Source of the DNA: Psammoneis japonica
Taxonomy: Eukaryota
NCBI GenBank assembly: GCA_008632985.1
Contig: QPGO01000039.1
Location: 186,001-250,000, forward strand
Direction: 5' to 3'
Length of the DNA stretch: 64,000 bases
Under the pieces are notes generated by a model. It made no database searches. It saw nothing but the letters and a program-made list of their open reading frames with translations, and was not told the DNA's origin. Below, in pieces: positions 1 to 12,966 of this stretch. Each line of letters starts with the position of its first letter. Position 1 is the first letter of the stretch. The position numbers and the translations under genes were made by a program.

Positions 1-172
1 CGAACTTCGAGAAAACGGTGCTCGTGCAGTGAGCAATCTTAAGATTGACCTCCGCGTCCTTTTGAGCGATGTACTCGATGTGGCTGGAAATGCGCGTTCG
101 GCACCCACTGCTGGGTCCACCACTGCTGCCGTTGCTGCTCCATCCACCAAGAAACAAAGGACAAAGAGGTAG
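1..172 (+). CDS. 3' end of an unknown gene entering from the left edge
   Basis: Open frame from nt 2 (ELRENGARAVSNLKIDL...PSTKKQRTKR) ending at TAG 170-172; normal TpA content. Confidence 0.4.
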   Translation, partial: ELRENGARAVSNLKIDLRVLLSDVLDVAGNARSAPTAGSTTAAVAAPSTKKQRTKR

Positions 173-360
173 ACTGAGAACAAATATGTGGATCCTTTAC
201 TTGCACTTTATTCTGAACATATGGAGAAGGCACCATTTCCAATATAAGATTCTGAGTTTGTCCTTCGAATAACCGTCAATGATGCTCACTGTCAACGGAA
301 CAATACGATTCTCCTAACCAGAAAAACTAACGTGGGATATCTAACACTTTACACTCCAAA

Positions 361-657
361 GTGACCCTGTTGGATGAAAACTTGTTGGAAATCTTTCAGG
401 CCCTCGACAAGAATGGAGATGGAGTTTTGGAACTAGCAGAATTGGAACTCATTCTGCGCGACTTGGGTGCCAAGGACATTCCCAGAACCTTTGTGCACAT
501 GGATTTGGACAATACGGGCATCGTCCATTGGGACGAATTTTGTGCCATAATGCAACGACAATTCCATGACGGACCGGGTGTGTGCATGCGTTATCGACAA
601 CAACGGTTTCAAACTGCCGTTCTCAATCACTTTGGGGTAGACAGTCCTGCTATGTAG
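361..657 (+). other. Paired EF-hand coding fragment (exon or remnant of a Ca2+-binding protein)
   Basis: Two EF loops: DKNGDGVLELAE and DLDNTGIVHWDE. No convincing ATG; the 3' end overlaps an antisense ORF. Confidence 0.55.
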
Positions 658-971
658 TAAGAACGAGACGTCGATGCATTGTGAAGGAAGAAACGACATG
701 TAGCCGAGAAATTCATGACATCTGAGTAAGGAACGTGATCAGTGATGATCTTGGCCCAAATCTCTTGAGGGAGAAACGGCAGCTCCCGAGACGAACGTTC
801 TATAGAGTCGTCTCCACCGGAAGCATCAACAAGATCTGAATTTTCCTCATCTCCCTTCTTTTCACCCTCATCTTCAAGTGTTCTCCGGCGCTTCTTGTTC
901 ATCTCTTCTTTCTCGCCTCCAAAAGCAGCCTCAGGTTCTAAGCGCTTGGCTGCATCGCGGGTCGTCACCAT
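627..971 (-). CDS. F-box-like protein, short or truncated
   Basis: ATG at 971 (MVTTRDAAKR), basic NLS-like KKRRR, then LPFLPQEIWAKIITDHVPYSDVMNFSATCRFF, which resembles an F-box. Confidence 0.5.
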   Translation of the reverse strand: MVTTRDAAKRLEPEAAFGGEKEEMNKKRRRTLEDEGEKKGDEENSDLVDASGGDDSIERSSRELPFLPQEIWAKIITDHVPYSDVMNFSATCRFFLHNASTSRSYYIAGLSTPK

Positions 972-2656
972 ATCGGTCGGTTTTTCTTGCGTTTGCTGCT
1001 TTTTCTCCGGTCTTTCAATAGTCCAGTTATCCCTCTGTATTAACTTAAATCTGAAAACCTCAAAAAAAGCAGAGATAAAGCAGCAGGGCAACAACACGTC
1101 GCAAAAGCAACACGACCTCTGCTTGCGTTTATATTTTGCCTGCCCTCGAGAGGCCGGCGTGCCGGCGTGTTCCAACGTACGCCACCTTCAGAAACTCACC
1201 GGAGATTCGTGACATCGTTGCATATGATACTCTACGACCTTCTAAAATAGCAGTAGAGCTACTTAGGAGATGCCTGAGACATTATGAGGGCAGATACTAC
1301 AGACGATGATCAACGAGGGGCAGTTATTAGTTTCTGAATTAAAGTCTGCCGTTTCGTCTGGGCAGAATGTGTAAAGACGCTACATGAATTCACAACTTTA
1401 GCTCCTTCACGACCTCATCAATGCACTCACAGGCACACCCCGAGTCCACATGTAAACAGTTGTGTTCTTGTTTCTCTCCTCCTGGTGAACAAGGAAACTT
1501 GGCAATGGGTGGAGTGCACTTTTCTCGAATGACGGCTTGGGCATGTCGAAACGTGATCACTGCTTGTTGTTGGACTCAACGTCTTCCCAATGTTTCGATG
1601 GTCACATCCAGACTCTTGTTGACAGCTTGATAGAGAGCAATGTCCCATCGTATGACAGATTGATTTTGCAGCTGACATGGCTGGTTCCACAGCAAATGAG
1701 TGGGTCAATGCATCGACTTGAGGTCTCATTGACTCGATTGTGCCTGATGGACCTCTGCTTGGGGCAGCCTTGCTGGCAATCAACTCAATTTACCCAAAGG
1801 CCTCTTGGTGGAGTCAGTTCTCACCAGACTTGACCAACAGGGATGTGTTCTGCATGTTGGTCTCACGAGCGACAGCCACAGAGTCAGAAGCTCACTTTGT
1901 GCATCAAGTGAACGACTTTGCATGCTCGCATTTGGCAACACCTGGGTGTCAAATCATCAGTCTTGATTTCGTCAATGAGGCTCTGTCCATGTTGTTTGTT
2001 TTTTGGACACGTCAATTATGCCATTGACAAGTCACGTGGCTGTCAGCATGCTGTTGCAATGTGTCCAAGTGCGAGCAGTGTCACACACACATCACACTGC
2101 GCGACGTCATCTTTTGAACAAGATGGAGCACTTGTGGGTGCAATGAAGTCGACAGGAGACAGTGGGCACTCGCCCAGAATCACATGCCTCATGAACAACC
2201 ACACACTGCATGTGACAACAACAAGTGTGAGTGCGATGAGCGACACTTCTGCATCTCCTCCAATCAACATGACGACACAAGAGACGCTTGCGTTCATGCT
2301 GGACGATGATGCGATGCGTGCCAGTGTCATTCAAGATGTCTGCGTCACTGCAACTACACAGCAGGCCTCTGTTTTGCTGCAGTCGACACAACTCTTTTAC
2401 ATGAAACTGGCATCAGAGGAGGAACATGTCGAGCGCATCAGGAGTGATCATGATGAATCTCACAACATGTCAGCAACTCTTCGTGTCACCATGATGACTG
2501 ACTGTTGGAAGCAAGTGCAGATTGTCCAACAGAACAAGAGTGGTGCATGTGTGACCCCCTGTGCTTGTCATTGTCTCCTCACAGTGAAACAAACAGTGGC
2601 GGGCCAAACACTGGTGTGGTGGTGGGGTTGGTGTTGCTGGGAGTGGTGGTGTTGAC

Positions 2657-2892
2657 AGTCACGACTCAATGTCATTTGGTCACGTCTCACGACTAGAACC
2701 CAGACTCAACTCATTTGTCAATTTGTCCAGCCAACCACACAAATTGGATTCAAAACAAAGTCAACAACCTTTCGTCATAATTTCCAGACAACGACTTTCA
2801 TCAAGCGTCTGTTTGCCTCTTTGCCATTGTCATTGCTGCCAACCTGCGAGATCTCCATCCATCCCTCCCACTGCAGGGACTGCATCTCGAGT
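2657..2892 (+). repeat. 5' LTR of copia element
   Basis: AGTCACGACTCAATGTC...GCATCTCGAGT, direct repeat of 8848-9059. Confidence 0.9.
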
Positions 2893-3203
2893 GGTTGCAG
2901 AGCCCATGTTTGTGCATTGACGTGAAGCTCCTGACCGAGTTCTTCATTGCAGACGCTTTGTGTTTGATTTTGAAGAAAACCTGGGGAAGAGCTTGAGAGC
3001 TCCTCGCTTCTCTCGTCTTCATGCTGTCAAGAACCAACTCCCCACTCCTGCCATGTCTACGATGGACTCGGATGTGCTGTCGGAAGCGTTTGCCAAAGCA
3101 ATGGCCGCAAACAATGCCGCAAATCCCACTGTGACTCAAAACAATGCCGTTGCGTGGTGGAATCCATGCAACCCACAGGGTCTGCATTGGCGGTTGTTCC
3201 AAG

Positions 3204-3649
3204 TGCAGCATGCATCAGACAAAAGGTTGTTTTTGTCATGCCCTTTGTGACATTTAAAGGCTGCAACACGTCGCCGTGACACATTGGCTCTTGTCAGTGG
3301 CTGCACATTGCACTCCTCCCCCTGTGTCACGCGTCCATGCGGCTCTTTACTAACGTGCACTGACACTGCACGTTTTTGGCGGAACAGTGTGGGTACGTGC
3401 GAAGGAACACACAGAACTGCACAGAGTTTTACGCGTTCGACAGTGATCAACGTTGCTGCAGACAACTCCCACTCAGGGTTTCGAACCCCTGGCCTCCTGC
3501 CTGATGGTCACGATGAACCACTCCGCTGTGAATTCACAACGCAGCATGCATGCAGACAAAAGGTCATTTTTGTCACGCCCTTTGTGACATTTAAAGGCTG
3601 TAACACGTTGCCGTGATACATTGACTCTTGTTGGCAGCTGTGCGTTGCA
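3204..3649 (-). mobile_element. TRIM (mini LTR element) copy 1 with internal tRNA-like cassette, nested in copia
   Basis: ~110-bp direct repeats 3204-3312 and 3540-3649 with outer TG...CA ends; 4-bp TSD CAAG/CAAG; minus-strand PPT next to the left repeat; A-box/B-box at 3528-3476. Confidence 0.85.
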
Positions 3650-6600
3650 CAAGCTCAACAACAACTGTGCAATGACCTCATCAAGAACCTGCCAACTCGC
3701 TGCTCAGCATCGTCACCTGAAGGGAATCTCTCTCACGTTCTAGATCCTGACAGTGGCGTGCCCTTGGGCCTGCCTGCTCAGACCACCAAGGAACCCTCCA
3801 ATGTGGAATCGGTCCCCAATGAGTTGGTTTTTATGGGAATGTGGTGTGTGGCTGCGGATGCCACTGATGACCCTGTTTCATTCCCTGCGGTGGTTCCAAC
3901 TGCTGCTGCGTTTGCTCCGGCACCTTTGGCCGAGAGGGAGAGTGACGAGATTGTCAGTGCTGTGGTGAATTGCAACGAATTGAGCCCGCATGTCACTCAC
4001 CCAGTCGTGACCTCAGTCGTGCTTGAGTGCTCCGATGCTCCATCTGCGTTTGAACACAAACCACCGGCTGTTGAGTTGTTTCTGGCCTTGAAGCTGCACT
4101 CTGTCAAGCATCCAGATGAGTTCTTTGATGCTCCTGAAAATTTGACGGACATGCTGTCAGATGACACAAAGTCACATCTCATTCTTGAACATGAGCTGCA
4201 CTTTGAAGATGCACAGGACGACCCACCTCCATGTGTTGCGTGCTGCAGCTTTGATTTCTACAATCCAGAAGACCCAGGCATGGATGATTGTCATGGATGC
4301 GACAAGGAAGAGACCCCTTTGCATCAGTCTTTCTGGAGCTAAGCCAAACTCTTCGTGTTCTGGCTCGTGGCTGTGTTCTGGGAAACAGCGTTGCACTTTT
4401 GCTTTGCACCTGTCCCACGCATCCCTCGTGTGCCATGATGCAAGCATCACAAACGCTTTCTGGCATCTTGGATGGTGCTGTCCATTGCAGCAATGGTGTG
4501 GACCATGGTGCACATGGGCACATTGCCCAAGCACCCGTTTTCGAATGTTCCGAGCTGCTTTTCCACCACGGCCTCCCAAGTCTGTTTGGTTGTTGGTGAG
4601 CCAGACGAGAAGACAGTGTCAGATGCTGGAGCATTCTTCAAATGCAACAAGATCAAGGGCACGCAGGTGCTCACCGAGTTTGTCACGAACCATCCATCGC
4701 GCGCGGTGAGCAAGCATCTCCAAGCCCACTGGAAGGATCTCCAGAAGTTGTTGAATGGTCAGATGCAATTGACAAATCAGCCTTCTTTGATGCCCATGAG
4801 GAATTGGAACCTCTTGATGACCAGAAGCACTTCTTTGATGCCCTCAAGGAATTTAGCCCTGATTTCTTCCAGTTTGACGAACTCTGCATCCCCCATCACG
4901 TCGTGGACACTGCGCATTTTCAGTGTCCCATTGCTCTGTTGGAAGAAGCACGTGTTGGACCAGTCGTGTACAACACATCCACCATCCAGTTGCTTGCCGG
5001 TGTGTCTCAAGCCAAACTGCCAGCGTCTGATCCGCAGGCACTCATTGGACTGTCGGACGAGGCTCTGGCTGTCATCATGGATGCTGGTGCCACGTCAGCT
5101 GTTGCTCCGGATGAAGATGATTTTGCTGGACCCATGACTTTTCCCAAGAAACCTCTGCAGATCAACAGGATGGCCAATGGTCTGACCATTCAAGGTGCCG
5201 GACCAGTCGCGTGGGTGTTCACAACGCCAAGCGGAGCTGCCATCCACTGATCACCATGGCGTGTTACGTCCCTGGCGCCCAGCATCAGCACCTGCTCTCG
5301 CCTCAATGGCTCTTCAACAAAGAGAGAGGCATGTGTGGGAAGTGTGAGGGTGACGAGCATGGTTTCAAGCTCTGCATGGATGGCGTTGGACAGTTGGACA
5401 TGCCGCATCATCAAACAAGCCACCCACCCATTGCGTCGACAACCAAGGGGGCATCCGAAGCTCCCCAAGTCAACCCACTCATCCTCAACAAGAACAATCA
5501 GAACCTGACCACGGGCCAGAAGCTCTCATTGGACATGCACTCCCATTTTGGTCATTTGAACTTTGGCTGCGCACAGGCCCTTCTCCGCGCAGTTCCTTTC
5601 CTGTCGAATCAGTTCAAGGCAGCATCAAAGTGCGACCAGCCACATTGTGAAGTGTGCAAGTGTGCCAAAGGACATCGATGGTCTCCATGCTCAACCAAGA
5701 AACAACAGCCCCTGAACGCGATGGGGCGCTTAGTGCTGACCATCTCCGACTGGATCAGGTTGTCAGCGTTGATCAGTTTGAGTCACACCTCCTCGGCAGA
5801 ACCTTCAACTTGTGCGGCAAAGCCACATCCAAGCAATTCAAGGGCAGGTGTGTGTTTGTTGACCACGCCTCTGGCCACCTTCAGGTCAAGCATCAACCAG
5901 GTTTCTCCGCTGCAGAGATGATCCAAGCAAAACAAGCATGTGAGAAACATGCTTTGGACCATGGGGTCATCATTCAAGAATGTCTTGCCAACAGCAGTGC
6001 TTTCAAGGCCAACTCTTTTGTCCAGCATGTGAGAGAGCGTGAGCAACATGTCTGATGATTTTGTGGAACCAACGCCCATCATCAGAACAGCACAGCAGAG
6101 CGGAGCATCCAAAGCATTTCCAACATGGCAAGAGCAATGTTGCCACATGTTTTTCATCAGTCATTGGAAGGGGGGAGTTGACAGTTCCTTGTGGCCCGTG
6201 GCTGTTTCTTGTGCCACGCACATCTGCAATGTCACACCGAACATGCAACGGCATTGCCCAGCAGACATTTTCACAGGTTTGACAGTGCCAAGACATTGCT
6301 TGCGGGACATTCACACATGGGGGTGTCCAGCACATGTTCTTGACCCGGTCCTGGCATTGGGGAAGAAACTTCCTCGATGGCAACCGCATTCTCGCAAAAT
6401 GACTTTTTGTTGGTTTGAGCATGATCCATTTGAGCAAGGTCCCGTTGGTCCTCAATTTTCAAACTGGAAGCATCGCTCCTCAATGTCATGTGGTTTTTGA
6501 TGATCTCTTCACCACCACACCATCGATTGAGAGGGAGATCGATCCACCTGACCACTGGGAGCAACTTTGCCTTGAGCAGTCGATTTGCGTAAATCTCAAG

Positions 6601-8847
6601 GAGCATCAGACGGTCCACCTGCACGATGAGTGGCTTGCTCCTCCTGAACGCCAACACAAGGAGCAAGAACCAACCAGCCCAAGAGACCCGTCTTTGCGGT
6701 CATTTTCAACCAACTCCATCAATTCAAGTGCAAGATCCACCCATTTCTTGCACCGATGCACCTGATCCAGTCCCATCTGTGACTCAGGAACCCACGCCTT
6801 CAGCCCCACCTGTGACTCCAGCTGCTGCGGATCACACGGAGCCTGCGCAACCTCCGCCACCTTTGCCTCAAGAAAATGACAAACTTCCGCCACCTGAAGC
6901 ACCTTTCCAACCAACAGCACCACCTCCTGTTGAAGCACCTGCGACAATGAATTCAGAGAGAGCATCGGAGCTGTGACGGTCTTCCAGGTCAACCAAGGGA
7001 CAGCTCCATTCTACCAAGCTCATGGACAAAGTGCATTTCAGCTGTGTTGAGGAGGAAGAAGTGCCGATCGGGCATGAGGCTCAGCTTGCTTATCTCGCCA
7101 GTCTCAAGACTGATTTAGATGATGGCACACACAACATTGGCAACCCTTGGGCCCATGCAGCTGGCAAGAAGAGCAAGAACCCCGACATGCCTTTGCTGCA
7201 CAATGCTCTGAAGAGTCCAGACACCAAAAAGTGGATCAAGGCAATGAAAATTGAAGTCAACACACTCACACATCATCGAGCATGGAAAGCAGTCAACAAG
7301 CGCACGCTGCAGAAGAACGCACTTCCAGGCACGTGGGCACTGCAACTCAAGAGACCATCAGATGGCATGCTCCTGAAATGCAAGGCCCATCATTGCGTCC
7401 GAGGAGATTTGCAGAAAGAAGGCATCGACTGCTTTGAGACTTATGTGCCGGTCATGCAATGGTTCAGTGTCCGACTCATGCTCACCACTGCATTGAAGGA
7501 AGGATGGACTGCACATCAAGCAGATTACACTGCGGCCTGCGCATCACCGCCCAAGGGTTTCGTGCCAAAATCGGGACTCAACATGGTCCTCAGGCCACTG
7601 AAGGGACTCTGCGGCCTCAAGCAGTCACCGAAGTGTTTTCATGAGAAACTGCAAGACGGCTCAATCAAGCGCAGATGGGTGCCGTTGGCTGTTGACCCAT
7701 GCTTGTGCTTCAAGCAAGGCATGATGTGTGTCGTGCATGTCGACAACACGGCATTTGCTGGTGTGTCAGCTGAAGCTCTGGAGGAGGAGATTTGGAAACC
7801 AGGAGTCTCTGCCGACAAGCATCACCACGCATTCAAACTCAGGGACAAAGGAGAAGTCAGGAATTTCCTCGGGATTAAAATCAAGAAGCTCTCCGAGGGA
7901 CAATTTCTGCTCACCCAACTGGTCTCATTGACAATGTCCTGCGCACCACACAGATGCAAGACTGCAATGGAGCACCCACTCCAGTGCCACCCACTCCCAT
8001 TGGTGCCAACACGGACGGCCTCCCTTTTGACAAACCCTGTGATTGTTGCTCTGTTGTTGGAATGTTGATGTGTCCAGTGGCAAACAGCCGGCCAGACATC
8101 GCACATGCTGTGCATCAAGTGGCTCGATTTTCATTTGCACCCCGAGCGTCCCACGCTGCTGCAGTGAAGTGGATGCTCCGACACCTCAAGGCCACTGCCA
8201 ATGAAGGTCTTGTTCTCAAGCCTGCACAAGATCATCAAGTTGATTGTCACATTGGTTCTGACTTTGTGGGTTTGTTTGGTGTGGAGGACAGGCAAAACCC
8301 AGTTTCAGTCAAGAAGTCCAGGACTGGATGCCTCATCTGCTGCACCAGATGTCCGCTCATCTGGGTGCCCAAGCTGCAGACTCTTGTGGCATTGTCAACT
8401 GTGGAAGCAGAGTGTGCCACACTTTCTCAAGCTGTGCATGATCTCATCCCCATTCATGAAGTTCTCAAGGAGCTCAACCACCACGCATTCGGAAAGTCTG
8501 ACCACCAAAACCCCACCACGACTCACTCCAAGGCTTTCAAGCTTGCCAACCAAGGCTCCAAAGACTCACCCGTTGCGTAGAATGTCCTGCCTGCGTCCGT
8601 TGTGTACGAAGATAACACCGCGTGCCTCAAGTTTGCATGCATGCCCAAGTTGTCTCCACAAACCAAGCACATCGGTGTCCCGCACCACTGGTTTAGGACC
8701 AAAGTCAAACAATTGGAGATCGACACCCAACCTGTCAGCACTCTGGAGCAACTGGCCAATCAGTTCACAAAGGGGCTGCAGACCGATGCGTTCCGCATGG
8801 CTAGAAAGGCTCTCATGGGCTGGCGAGCTCTCTTGGTTGAGAGGGAG

Positions 8848-9059
8848 AGTCATGACTCAATGTCATTTGGTCATGTCTCACGACTGGAACCCAGACTCAA
8901 CTCATTTGTCAATTCATTTGGCCGACCACACAAATCGGATTCAAAACAAAGTCAATGACCTTTCATCATAATTTCTAGACAACGACTTTCATCAAGTTGT
9001 TGCTGCCAACCTGCGAGATCTCCATCCACCCCTCCTGCTGCAGGGACTGCATCTCGAGT
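8848..9059 (+). repeat. 3' LTR of copia element
   Basis: AGTCATGACTCAATGTC...GCATCTCGAGT directly after the PPT; ~24 bp shorter than the 5' LTR. Confidence 0.9.
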
Positions 9060-11491
9060 TTGATTGTTGTGTTGCATGCATGTCATCGTCGTGTTGTCAA
9101 ACAACAAGCAAATGCTCAGCAATTTGAGTTTGCTCGACGAATTGCCAAGACAATTGCTGTGGAGCGCAGTGGTTCATCATCCGTTTCGCATGAGGAACTG
9201 TTGAGTGAACCGCAAGCACGCAAGAACGAAATTCTGGCTAAAAATGAATTGAAAGAGTGCCTCACTTCGGGCAACATTGGTGTCGCCATGAACGAATCGC
9301 ACTTCAATGCCCCATTTGCAGTGATCGATGCAGACAGCACTGGCAACATCTCCTTTCTTGTGTTTGTGGGATGCATGGCCAAGTGCTGCGATGAAGTGGA
9401 GGAGGCAATGAGAGGAAGACCTTCTTGTGTTTGCATGTTTCGATCAGCTCAAGAAGTGGAAATGTCTCGCTGACGGGATCGCATTGCCAAGGCGGCTGCA
9501 AGAAAGCTTGGTGCCGCGACAGCAGTGATGACACCAAAAACAACAACTGCCATGGCGGCATTGGTGGAGCCTGATGACAACGCCGCACTGACAAGAAGGA
9601 TTCCAAGATGCAGAGCAAGGAAGACAAAGGTGGCAACATGGAACTGATGGCTCAGAACACAACAATTGAGCAGCAGCAGCGACAGAGGCTCCTGCTGGCT
9701 GGTCGAGAGACGATTGGGTAGACTGGGTGCGACTCTGTTTTGATGCCACATCTGTGGAGCACTGCATTCATTGTCGGGTTGCTTCCTGGTGCACGTTGTC
9801 ACTGGTGTCATTGCTGTCGGACAATCAAACTGGTCTCTTTTCTAAACTTAACTTACGACAACTGCTGGACGCTGAAACTTGTTGCGCAGTCGCACCAAAA
9901 ACGCATGAGAACCCCGCTGTCAAGGCCCAAGACTGCCCACAAACAGAAACTCTTTGACAAGCAAACATGAACGATTCCATCTGTCTCCACACTGTGCACA
10001 GGCAAGCTCTTGCTGCAGGTCTTGAGTGAACAAGAGTGCCCCCAAGCTGACGTTCACTCTGCCATTCTTGCACAGACAATCATGAAGTGGCTCTTGACAC
10101 TTGCGACCATTTTCATGACTGCTTGTTTTGTGGTGAAAGCACCGTCTTTTTTTGTGCCACTGTCGACCACAAACTGCAGGTTGATGCATCGGACCATGAG
10201 TTTTTCATCTCAGAGATTTGACAGAACCCCAAGTGGTGTCTCACTGCAACAGAAACAAGAATGAATGGCAATCTGGGCTTTCGCCTCTGCAACTTTGACA
10301 CAAACCCAGTCAATCAGTTGTGGAAGCTTGCTGCAAATGGAAGTCTCATGAGTGGAGTTGGGGCGACTCATTGTGCGCAACAGGGATGCTTTGGAACAAC
10401 AAGAGCCTTTGAAGGCATTTGCATCCGTCTGGGGGTGTGCAACGAAAATCCCATCCACAAGTTTACCTGCAACAACATTGCCAAGCATTTGAGGACTCCC
10501 AAAGGACGATGTGTGACCAATCGTGGTGAAAACCCTCACACCACCAACATTGTTCATGCATTGACGTGCATGAATTGAGGTGATTTCCAGCGGACTCTAC
10601 AAGCACAAGAGAGGGATCGTGTCGAGATGACACTGGCACCTGCACCCAAGGAGTGGCAGTCACCTGTCAAAGTGATGCTTGGATGTTGTCTCATGCTGTC
10701 TGTGCCTTTGTGGATGGCTTGGAGAAGAGCATGCCAACCATTGTTGCTTGGGTGACGATGGTCGTGTTGGTGTCAACTGTGATGCTCGCTTGGCGTGTGT
10801 GTGGATGTGCGCGTCTGTGCGGACGGAGGAGGGGCACGTCGTGGTCGTCCCATCGTCCAACCACCCCAACAGACTGGGTGCAAGCACACTGCCCTGATCG
10901 TGTGTGAGAGATTGGGAGCAGCTGAAGAAACGTGCTTTCTCCAAAAACACTGACCCGCAACTCTTCTGTCCAACTCTTCAGGGATGGAGTCCAATGGCAT
11001 CTTGGTTGTGACATGCCCCTTCTGTGAGCACTGGCATCTGCCAGATTCAACATTGCCAAAAGACATGCCCAAGGCAGTCCGTGCTCACCCATGCTCTGAA
11101 CATGAGGAAGCAGACCTTTGATTCCTCCCACTTGAGTTTTTGTCGCAAGCCGGTTTGCACTTTTGCCATCATTGCAACTCCACCTCTCATCTGCACCTGC
11201 AATCCGGCGACCTGCGAAAACATGTCACGAAACACAATGCCCACATCTTCACACTAACTCAGAGCTCATTGCTCAACACCTCCCACAAGGCACCGCATGG
11301 CCTTCCACCCTCCGCTGGCTCCAAACCCTCACTGTCACGCCACCACCTTTCCGTGCGTCTCTCTTCTCCAAGCTCTCTCCATCCACCAAACGTGAGCTGC
11401 ATATTGCACTCCACCATGTCTGCACATGGATTTTGGCAGCCTCCAACCCCCTCCAAACTGACGGCGTGCAACCACCACTTCATGAACGCTC

Positions 11492-11887
11492 GACGGGTTC
11501 CAGCCCCAGGTGGGACTTTTTGTGACATTGGGCCCATAGAATTCTGCGTGTGAGCTGCGCAGTAAAATTGTCAAGCAATGAACACATGAATGATCGCCAA
11601 CAGAAAAAGAGGCAATTTTGCGAACGCATCTCCTCCTCCACACTTGAAGCACATTCTTTGCAGCATGCCCGGGCACATTCTTCAGACATTAAAGAACACA
11701 CCCAGCGCATTTTTGTTGACGTGAATGCAGACAACAGAAAGCCTTTGGCTTCGCAAAACAGGCAGTGTGGAACAATTTTTTACAATGGAACATGTAGAAA
11801 TGTGTGTGCGAAACACATGACGGATGATGAAAAACAATTGTGTCACAGTTCAGCAGCATGAGGTCCCACCTAGAGCTGGAATGCGTC
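11492..11887 (+). mobile_element. MITE family A copy 1
   Basis: TIR GACG(C/G)GTTCCAG..AGGTGGGAC; 4-bp TSD GCTC/GCTC; 396 bp. Confidence 0.88.
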
Positions 11888-12574
11888 GCTCGCCCAACAG
11901 TCCATTCTGGAAGCTTCTCCTTGCACCACCCAAACGTCGTGCCAACACAAATCCAAAAAAACGACCCTTGGCTTCCTGCCTTGTTTCATGACATCTTAAA
12001 CTCTTTTGACAAGGTCGTGTCCGCGAGCTCTACAATGCCGCACATGCCGTTGCACAACCACACAATGCTGTTGCGTCTGCTCCAGACTTCTTGGCCACTT
12101 CCCACTGTCACACCGCACAACTTGCCACAGATGCTGACAACCTTGGCATTGCTTGCAAGCACGTCACATCAAGCCTCCCTGTTGCCTCCATTGACTCGGA
12201 GGGCCTTGCAATCATTCAACAACTTTGTCCGCCTCGACAACACCAGCACTCAGCTGCTGCCCCTCCTGCCCATGACACGCGTCACACGCCTCTGCCACCT
12301 GATCCACCGCCTGTCTCAGATGACAACCTGCCATCCGCCCATGGCAAATGTCAACCAGGTGCCACCGCAGGCCCCCATGCTGACTCTGCAGACCTCCTCA
12401 AAGCATGTGCCTTGTTCAAAACCTCTGCACCAACCAAGACACAAATCCGCCCTGATCTCTCCACGTTCAAGGCCATCCTGTGCCTTGCACAAACCAACTC
12501 CATCCCTGCTGACATCCGACCTCTCATCACAGCCAACTACTTTGTTGCACTGCACAAAGATCCAGACAACCTAA

Positions 12575-12966
12575 GACGCATTCCAGGTCTAGGTGGGACC
12601 TCGCACTGCTGAACTGTGACATTGACAGTTTTTTGAATCACGTCGCATGTCGCACACGTAGATTTCTACGTGATTTTTTTGACATTTTGTGTCATTTTAC
12701 GGTGCACTTTTATTGAGCGATCCGTCCAACAACTTTTGACATTTTTTGTTACAGCGCGATTCTACAATGTCTTAAAAATCGCGCAGGGCAGGCGCATTTG
12801 CAAAAACGTCGAGTTGCAAGAGGCACAATTGCGCCACAAACTTGGCCGTACATTTGATGTTGAAGATGAACATGTCCATGTGTTAAATTCTCGCACTGCG
12901 GAGCTCGCACGTAGAATTCTACGGGCCCAATGTCACACAGAGTCCCACCCAGGGCTGGAACGCGTC
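12575..12966 (-). mobile_element. MITE family A copy 2 (reverse orientation) inside the RT coding region
   Basis: Same TIR; TSD CTAA/CCAA. Removal restores DPDN-LSKLRPVG in frame. Confidence 0.9.

Larger units (their letters stand above)
2657..9059 (+). mobile_element. Ty1/copia LTR retrotransposon (CoDi-like), degenerate
   Basis: Two LTRs; 5-bp TSD TTGAC (2652-2656) / TTGAT (9060-9064); PPT GAGAGGGAG 8839-8847; PBS-like GGTTGCAGAGCCC at 2893. Domain order is protease IMDAGAT (~5075), integrase HSHFGHL..CEVC and VSVDQFES (~5540-5780), RT (GLKQSP, HVDN for YVDD, 7150-7950), RNase H (EDNTAC, TKHIG, QLANQFTK, 8600-8780). Confidence 0.93.
1421..9650 (+). pseudogene. Degenerate single-pass membrane protein with cytosolic EF-hand, split by the copia insertion
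   Basis: Removing 2657-9059 and one TSD joins GPNTGVVVGLVLLGVVVL to IVVLHACHRRVVKQQ...EFARRIAK...VIDADSTGNISF in frame (TM helix then EF-hand). Outer limits approximate; TpA-depleted. Confidence 0.65.

Noticed and set aside
3476..3528. Functional tRNA gene
   Set aside because: A/B boxes and a T-arm are present, but there is no convincing acceptor or anticodon stem, and it travels inside a TRIM.
11486..11893. 6-bp CNNNNG TSD for the MITE
   Set aside because: Including the terminal G/C in the TIR gives perfect 4-bp TSDs in five of six copies, whereas 6-bp TSDs mismatch in most.
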